Part shown: piece after piece, positions 55,448 through 64,000 of the stretch | How the letters are laid out: each line of letters starts with the position of its first letter | Position numbering within the stretch: position 1 is the stretch's first letter | Origin: Balanoglossus misakiensis | Lineage: Eukaryota; Animalia; Hemichordata | Length of the DNA stretch: 64,000 bases | Assembly (NCBI GenBank): GCA_040954595.2 | Contig: CM082587.2 | Coordinates: 276,517-340,516 of the forward strand | Reading direction: 5' to 3' | Translations under genes and position numbers: made by a program | The notes under the pieces: generated by a model | Database searches by the model: none | The model's input: the letters and a program-made list of their open reading frames with translations, nothing else | What the model was told of the DNA's origin: nothing

Positions 55448-58400
55448 TTTTTGAAAAAACTATGGGTTATAGCTCAGGAAAATCGTCAAAAATCGAGTAT
55501 TTTTCGAGTTTGCGAATTTTGAAAATTTGGTCATTTTTTGAAAAAACCATGGGTTATAGCTCAGGGAAATCGTCAAAAATCGAGGATTTTTCGAGTTTGC
55601 GAATTTTGAAAATTTGGTCATTTTTTGAAAAAAACATGGGTTATAGCTCAGGAAAATCGTCAAAAATCGAGGATTTTTCGAGTTTGCGAATTTTCAAAAT
55701 TTGGTCATTTTTGAAAAAACCATGGGTTATAGCTCAGGAAAATCGTCAAAAATCGAGGATTTTTCGAGTTTGCGAATTTTCAAAATTTGGTCATTTTTTG
55801 AAAAAACCATGGGTTATAGCTCAGGAAAATCGTCAAAAATCGAGGATTTTTCGAGTTTGCGAATTTTCAAAATTCTGGTCATTTTTTGAAAAAACCATGG
55901 GTTATAGCTCAGGAAAATCGTCAAAAATCGAGGATTTGTCGAGTTTGCGAATTTTCAAAATTTGGTCATTTTTTGAAAAAACCATGGGTTATAGCTCAGG
56001 AAAATCGTCAAAAATCGAGGATTTGTCGAGTTTGCGAATTTTCAAAATTTGGTCATTTTTGAAAAAACCATGGGTTATAGCTCAGGAAAATCGTCAAAAA
56101 TCGAGGATTTTTCGAGTTTGCGAATTTTCAAAATTTGGTCATTTTTTGAAAAAACCATGGGTTATAGCTCAGGAAAATCGTCAAAAATCGAGGATTTTTC
56201 GAGTTTGCGAATTTTCAAAATTTGGTCATTTTTTGAAAAAACCATGGGTTATAGCTCAGGAAAATCGTCAAAAATCGAGGATTTTTCGAGTTTGCGAATT
56301 TTCAAAATTTGGTCATTTTTTGAAAAAACCATGGGTTATAGCTCAGGAAAATCGTCAAAAATCGAGGATTTTTCGAGTTTGCGAATTTTCAAAATTTGGT
56401 CATTTTTTGAAAAAACCATGGGTTATAGCTCAGGAAAATAGTCAAAAATCGAGGATTTTTCGAGTTTGCGAATTTTCAAAATTTGGTCATTTTTTGAAAA
56501 AACCATGGGTTATAGCTCAGGAAAATCGTCAAAAATCGAGGATTTGTCGAGTTTGCGAATTTTCAAAATTTGGTCATTTTTTGAAAAACCATGGGTTATA
56601 GCTCAGGAAAATCGTCAAAAATCGAGGATTTGTCGAGTTTGCGAATTTTCAAAATTTGGTCATTTTTTGAAAAAACCATGGGTTATAGCTCAGGAAAATC
56701 GTCAAAAATCGAGGATTTTTCGAGTTTGCGAATTTTCAAAATTTGGTCATTTTTTGAAAAAACCATGGGTTATAGCTCAGGAAAATCGTCAAAAATCGAG
56801 GATTTGTCGAGTTTGCGAATTTTCAAAATTTGGTCATTTTTTGAAAAAACCATGGGTTATAGCTCAGGAAAATCGTCAAAAATCGAGGATTTGTCGAGTT
56901 TGCGAATTTTCAAAATTTGGTCATTTTTTGAAAAAACCATGGGTTATAGCTCAGGAAAATCGTCAAAAATCGAGGATTTGTCGAGTTTGCGAATTTTCAA
57001 AATTTGGTCATTTTTTGAAAAAACCATGGGTTATAGCTCAGGAAAATCGTCAAAAATCGAGGATTTTTCGAGTTTGCGAATTTTGAAAATTTGGTCATTT
57101 TTGAAAAAACCATGGGTTATAGCTCAGGAAAATCGTCAAAAATCGAGGATTTTTCGAGTTTGCGAATTTTGAAAATTTGGTCATTTTTTGAAAAAACCAT
57201 GGGTTATAGCTCAGGAAAATCGTCAAAAATCGAGGATTTTCGAGTTTGCGAATTTTCAAAATTTGGTCATTTTTTGAAAAAACCATGGGTTATAGCTCAG
57301 GAAAATCGTCAAAAATCGAGGATTTTTCGAGTTTGCGAATTTTCAAAATTTGGTCATTTTTTGAAAAAACCATGGGTTATTGCTCAGGAAAATCGTCAAA
57401 AATCGAAGATTTGTCGAGTTTGCGAATTTTCAAAATTTGGTCAATTTATGAAAAAACCATGGGTTATAGCTCAGGAAAATCGTCAAAAATCGAGGATTTG
57501 TCGAGTTTGCGAATTTTCAAAATTTGGTCATTTTTTCAAAAAACCATGGGTTATAGCTCAGGAAAATCGTCAAAAATCGAGGATTTTTCGAGTTTGCGAA
57601 TTTTGAAAATTTGGTCATTTTTTGAAAAAACCATGGGTTATAGCTCAGGAAAATCGTCAAAAATCGAGGATTTTTCGAGTTTGCGAATTTTGAAAATTTG
57701 GTCATTTTTTGAAAAAACCATGGGTTATAGCTCAGGAAAATCGTCAAAAATCGAGGATTTTTCGAGTTTGCGAATTTTGAAAATTTGGTCATTTTTTGAA
57801 AAAACCATGGGTTATAGCTCAGGAAAATCGTCAAAAATCGAGGATTTTTCGAGTTTGCGAATTTTGAAAATTTGGTCATTTTTTGAAAAACCATGGGTTA
57901 TAGCTCAGGAAAATCGTCAAAAATCGAGGATTTTTCGAGTTTGCGAATTTTGAAAATTTGGTCATTTTTTGAAAAAACCATGGGTTATAGCTCAGGAAAA
58001 TCGTCAAAAATCGAGGATTTTTCGAGTTTGCGAATTTTCAAAATTTGGTCATTTTTGAAAAAACCATGGGTTATAGCTCAGGAAAATCGTCAAAAATCGA
58101 GGATTTTTCGAGTTTGCGAATTTTCAAAATTTGGTCATTTTTGAAAAAACCATGGGTTATAGCTCAGGAAAATCGTCAAAAATCGAGGATTTTTCGAGTT
58201 TGCGAATTTTCAAAATTTGGTCATTTTTTGAAAAAACCATGGGTTATAGCTCAGGAAAATCGTCAAAAATCGAGGATTTTTCGAGTTTGCGAATTTTCAA
58301 AATTTGGTCATTTTTTGAAAAAACCATGGGTTATAGCTCAGGAAATCGTCAAAAATCGAGGATTTTTCGAGTTTGTGAATTTTCAAAATTTGGTCATTTT

Positions 58401-61400
58401 TTGAAAAAACCATGGGTTATAGCTCAGGAAAATCGTCAAAAATCGAGGATTTTTCGAGTTTGCGAATTTTCAAAATTTGGTCATTTTTTGAAAAAACCAT
58501 GGGTTATAGCTCAGGAAAATCGTCAAAAATCGAGGATTTTTCGAGTTCGCGAATTTTGAAAATTTGGTCATTTTTTGAAAAAACCATGGGTTATAGCTCA
58601 GGAAAATCGTCAAAAATCGAGGATTTTTCGAGTTTGCGAATTTTCAAAATTTGGTCATTTTTTGAAAAAACCATGGGTTATAGCTCAGGAAAATCGTCAA
58701 AAATCGAGGATTTTTCGAGTTTGCGAATTTTCAAAATTTGGTCATTTTTTGAAAAAACCATGGGTTATAGCTCAGGAAAATCGTCAAAAATCGAGGATTT
58801 TTCGAGTTTGCGAATTTTCAAAATTTGGTCATTTTTTGAAAAAACCATGGGTTATAGCTCAGGAAAATCGTCAAAAATCGAGGATTTTTCGAGTTTGCGA
58901 ATTTTGAAAATTTGGTCATTTTTTGAAAAAACCATGGGTTATAGCTCAGGAAAATCGTCAAAAATCGAGGATTTTTCGAGTTTGCGAATTTTGAAAATTT
59001 GGTCATTTTTTGAAAAAACCATGGGTTATAGCTCAGGAAAATCGTCAAAAATCGAGGATTTTTCGAGTTCGCGAATTTTGAAAATTTGGTCATTTTTTGA
59101 AAAAACCATGGGTTATAGCTCAGGAAAATCGTCAAAATCGAGGATTTTTCGAGTTTGCGAATTTTGAAAATTTGGTCATTTTTTGAAAAAACCATGGGTT
59201 ATAGCTCAGGAAAATCGTCAAAAATCGAGGATTTTTCGAGTTTGCGAATTTTGAAAATTTGGTCATTTTTTGAAAAAACCATGGGTTATAGCTCAGGAAA
59301 ATCGTCAAAAATCGAGGATTTTTCGAGTTTGCGAATTTTGAAAATTTGGTCATTTTTTGAAAAAACCATGGGTTATAGCTCAGGAAAATCGTCAAAAATC
59401 GAGGATTTTTCGAGTTTGCGAATTTTCAAAATTTGGTCATTTTTTGAAAAAACCATGGGTTATAGCTCAGGAAAATCGTCAAAAATCGAGGATTTTTCGA
59501 GTTTGCGAATTTTCAAAATTTGGTCATTTTTTGAAAAAACCATGGGTTATAGCTCAGGAAAATCGTCAAAAATCGAGGATTTTTCGAGTTTGCGAATTTT
59601 CAAAATTTGGTCATTTTTTGAAAAAACCATGGGTTATAGCTCAGGAAAATCGTCAAAAATCGAGGATTTTTCGAGTTTGCGAATTTTCAAAATTTGGTCA
59701 TTTTTTGAAAAAACCATGGGTTATAGCTCAGGAAAATCGTCAAAAATCGAGGATTTTTCGAGTTTGCGAATTTTGAAAATTTGGTCATTTTTTGAAAAAA
59801 CCATGGGTTATAGCTCAGGAAAATCGTCAAAAATCGAGGAGTTTGCGAATTTTCAAAATTTGGTCATATTTTGAAAAAACCATGGGTTATAGCTCAGGAA
59901 AATCGTCAAAATTCGAGGATTTTTCGAGTTTGCGAATTTTCAAAATTTGGTCATATTTTGAAAAAACCATGGGTTATAGCTCAGGAAAATCGTCAAAATT
60001 CGAGGATTTTTCGAGTTTGCGAATTTTCAAAATTTGGTCATATTTTGAAAAAACCATGGGTTATAGCTCAGGAAAATCGTCAAAATTCGAGGATTTTTCG
60101 AGTTTGCGAATTTTCAAAATTTGGTCATTTTTTGAAAAAACCATGGGTTATAGCTCAGGAAAATCGTCAAAAATCGAGGATTTTTCGAGTTTGCGAATTT
60201 TCAAAATTTGGTCATTTTTTTTAAAAACCATGGGTTATAGCTCAGGAAAATCGTCAAAAATCGAGGATTTTTCGAGTTTGCGAATTTTGAAAATTTGGTC
60301 ATTTTTTGAAAAAACCATGGGTTATAGCTCAGGAAAATCGTCAAAAATCGAGGATTTGTCGAGTTTGCGAATTTTGAAAATTTGGTCATTTTTTGAAAAA
60401 AACATGGGTTATAGCTCAGGAAAATCGTCAAAAATCGAGGATTTGTCGAGTTTGCGAATTTTGAAAATTTGGTCATTTTTTGAAAAAAACATGGGTTATA
60501 GCTCAGGAAAATCGTCAAAAATCGAGGATTTGTCGAGTTTGCGAATTTTGAAAATTTTGTCATTTTTTGAAAAAACCATGGGTTATAGCTCAGGAAAATC
60601 GTCAAAAATCGAGGATTTGTCGAGTTTGCGAATTTTCAAAATTTGGTCATTTTTTGAAAAAACCATGGGTTATAGCTCAGGAAAATCGTCAAAAATCGAG
60701 GATTTGTCGAGTTTGCGAATTTTCAAAATTTGGTCATTTTTTGAAAAAACCATGGGTTATAGCTCAGGAAAATCGTCAAAAATCGAGGATTTGTCGAGTT
60801 TGCGAATTTTCAAAATTTGGTCATTTTTTGAAAAAACCATGGGTTATAGCTCAGGAAAATCGTCAAAAATCGAGGATTTGTCGAGTTTGCGAATTTTCAA
60901 AATTTGGTCATTTTTTGAAAAAACCATGGGTTATAGCTCAGGAAAATCGTCAAAAATCGAGGATTTTTCGAGTTTGCGAATTTTCAAAATTTGGTCATTT
61001 TTTGAAAAAACCATGGGTTATAGCTCAGGAAAATCGTCAAAAATCGAGGATTTTTCGAGTTTGCGAATTTTCAAAATTTGGTCATTTTTTGAAAAAACCA
61101 TGGGTTATAGCTCAGGAAAATCGTCAAAAATCGAGGATTTTTCGAGTTTGCGAATTTTCAAAATTTGGTCATTTTTTGAAAAAACCATGGGTTATAGCTC
61201 TGGAAAATCGTCAAAAATCGAGGATTTTTCGAGTTTGCGAATTTTCAAAATTTGGTCATTTTTTGAAAAAACCATGGGTTATAGCTCAGGTAAATCGTCA
61301 AAAATCGAGGATTTTTCGAGTTTGCGAATTTTCAAAATTTGGTCATTTTTTGAAAAAACCATGGGTTATAGCTCAGGAAAATCGTCAAAAATCGAGGATT

Positions 61401-64000
61401 TTTCGAGTTTGCGAATTTTCAAAATTTGGTCATTTTTTGAAAAAACCATGGGTTATAGCTCAGGAAAATCGTCAAAAATCGAGGATTTTTCGAGTTTGCG
61501 AATTTTGAAAATTTGGTCATTTTTTGAAAAAACCATGGGTTATAGCTCAGGAAAATCGTCAAAAATCAAGTGAGTTTGCGAATTTTCAAAATTTGGTCAT
61601 ATTTTGAAAAAACCATGGGTTATAGCTCAGGAAAATCGTCAAAATTCGAGGATTTTTCGAGTTTGCGAATTTTCAAAATTTGGTCATATTTTGAAAAAAC
61701 CATGGGTTATAGCTCAGGAAAATCGTCAAAATTCGAGGATTTTTCGAGTTTGCGAATTTTCAAAATTTGGTCATATTTTGAAAAAACCATGGGTTATAGC
61801 TCAGGAAAATCGTCAAAATTCGAGGATTTTTCGAGTTTGCGAATTTTCAAAATTTGGTCATTTTTTGAAAAAACCATGGGTTATAGCTCAGGAAAATCGT
61901 CAAAAATCGAGGATTTGTCGAGTTTGCGAATTTTCAAAATTTGGTCATTTTTTGAAAAAACCATGGGTTATAGCTCAGGAAAATCGTCAAAAATCGAGGA
62001 TTTTTCGAGTTTGCGAATTTTCAAAATTTGGTCATTTTTTGAAAAAACCATGGGTTATAGCTCAGGAAAATCGTCAAAAATCGAGGATTTTTCGAGTTTG
62101 CGAATTTTCAAAATTTGGTCATTTTTTGAAAAAACCATGGGTTATAGCTCAGGAAAATCGTCAAAAATCGAGGATTTTTCGAGTTTGCGAATTTTCAAAA
62201 TTTGGTCATTTTTTGAAAAAACCATGGGTTATAGCTCTGGAAAATCGTCAAAAATCGAGGATTTTTCGAGTTTGCGAATTTTCAAAATTTGGTCATTTTT
62301 TGAAAAAACCATGGGTTATAGCTCAGGTAAATCGTCAAAAATCGAGGATTTTTCGAGTTTGCGAATTTTCAAAATTTGGTCATTTTTTGAAAAAACCATG
62401 GGTTATAGCTCAGGAAAATCGTCAAAAATCGAGGATTTTTCGAGTTTGCGAATTTTCAAAATTTGGTCATTTTTTGAAAAAACCATGGGTTATAGCTCAG
62501 GAAAATCGTCAAAAATCGAGGATTTTTCGAGTTTGCGAATTTTGAAAATTTGGTCATTTTTTGAAAAAACCATGGGTTATAGCTCAGGAAAATCGTCAAA
62601 ATTCGAGGAGTTTTGCGAATTTTCAAAATTTGGTCATATTTTGAAAAAACCATGGGTTATAGCTCAGGAAAATCGTCAAAATTCGAGGATTTTTCGAGTT
62701 TGCGAATTTTCAAAATTTGGTCATATTTTGAAAAAACCATGGGTTATAGCTCAGGAAAATCGTCAAAATTCGAGGATTTTTCGAGTTTGCGAATTTTCAA
62801 AATTTGGTCATATTTTGAAAAAACCATGGGTTATAGCTCAGGAAAATCGTCAAAATTCGAGGATTTTTCGAGTTTGCGAATTTTCAAAATTTGGTCATTT
62901 TTTGAAAAAACCATGGGTTATAGCTCAGGAAAATCGTCAAAATTCGAGGATTTTTCGAGTTTGCGAATTTTCAAAATTTGGTCATTTTTTGAAAAAACCA
63001 TGGGTTATAGCTCAGGAAAATCGTCAAAAATCGAGGATTTTTCGAGTTTGCGAATTTTCAAAATTTGGTCATTTTTTTGAAAAAACCATGGGTTATAGCT
63101 CAGGAAAATCGTCAAAAATCGAGGATTTGTCGAGTTTGCGAATTTTGAAAATTTGGTCATTTTTTGAAAAAACCATGGGTTATAGCTCAGGAAAATCGTC
63201 AAAAATCGAGGATTTGTCGAGTTTGCGAATTTTGAAAATTTGGTCATTTTTTGAAAAAACCATGGGTTATAGCTCAGGAAAATCGTCAAAAATCGAGGAT
63301 TTGTCGAGTTTGCGAATTTTGAAAATTTGGTCATTTTTTGAAAAAACCATGGGTTATAGCTCAGGAAAATCGTCAAAAATCGAGGATTTGTCGAGTTTGC
63401 GAATTTTGAAAATTTGGTCATTTTTTGAAAAAACCATGGGTTATAGCTCAGGAAAATCGTCAAAAATCGAGGATTTGTCGAGTTTGCGAATTTTCAAAAT
63501 TTGGTCATTTTTTGAAAAAACCATGGGTTATAGCTCAGGAAAATCGTCAAAAATCGAGGATTTGTCGAGTTTGCGAATTTTCAAAATTTGGTCATTTTTT
63601 GAAAAAACCATGGGTTATAGCTCAGGAAAATCGTCAAAAATCGAGGATTTTTCGAGTTTGCGAATTTTCAAAATTTGGTCATTTTTTGAAAAAACCATGG
63701 GTTATAGCTCAGGAAAATCGTCAAAAATCGAGGATTTTTCGAGTTTGCGAATTTTCAAAATTTGGTCATTTTTTGAAAAAACCATGGGTTATAGCTCAGG
63801 AAAATCGTCAAAAATCGAGGATTTTTCGAGTTTGCGAATTTTCAAAATTTGGTCATTTTTTGAAAAAACCATGGGTTATAGCTCAGGAAAATCGTCAAAA
63901 ATCGAGGATTTTTCGAGTTTGCGAATTTTCAAAATTTGGTCATTTTTTGAAAAAACCATGGGTTATAGCTCAGGAAAATCGTCAAAAATCGAGGATTTTT
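55448..64000 (-). repeat. Same 87-bp satellite in reverse orientation, ~98 copies, continuing past the window end
   Basis: Monomer reads ATGGGTTATAGCTCAGGAAAATCGTCAAAAATCGAGGATTTTTCGAGTTTGCGAATTTTCAAAATTTGGTCATTTTTTGAAAAAACC, the reverse complement of the left-arm monomer. Confidence 0.98.

Noticed and set aside
42723-64000. Very long ORFs (up to 906 aa) of repeating KKPWVIAQENRQKSRIFRVCEFSKFGHFL / MGYSSGKSSKIEDFSSLRIFKIWSFFEKT
   Set aside because: They follow from an 87-bp (29-codon) monomer that lacks stops in two frames of one strand; frames swap at homopolymer indels, the ORFs change strand with the inversion, and there is no gene structure or sign of coding constraint
42101-64000. CRISPR-like appearance of regularly spaced palindromic repeats
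   Set aside because: There are no unique spacers (the whole unit repeats), no cas genes, and the context is eukaryotic

Overview
Eukaryotic, intron-rich animal genomic DNA; it looks like an invertebrate, possibly a deuterostome, but the taxon cannot be fixed from sequence alone. Bases 1-42 kb are gene-dense and hold seven spliced genes, reconstructed by hand from GT-AG boundaries: the 3' half of WDR5 (+), a membrane-anchored CAP/CRISP-EGF-like-ShKT protein (+), an SLC31/CTR copper transporter (-), FPGS (-) head-to-head with MAP2K7/MKK7 (+), a prokineticin-receptor-like GPCR (-) and a PLPP6-like PAP2 lipid phosphatase (-). About 650 bp upstream of the last gene's first in-frame ATG the sequence switches abruptly into a satellite array that fills the remaining ~22 kb. 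The array begins with ~8 copies of a diverged 88-bp monomer, followed by ~240 copies of a homogeneous 87-bp monomer built from short dyad symmetries and A/T tracts. It shows higher-order periodicities (13- and 19-mer on the left, 20- and 12-mer on the right). At ~55,447 it flips orientation across a 3-bp microhomology, creating a multi-kilobase inverted repeat with a 14-bp spacer. The long ORFs predicted beyond 42.7 kb are by-products of the 87-bp (29-codon) period.
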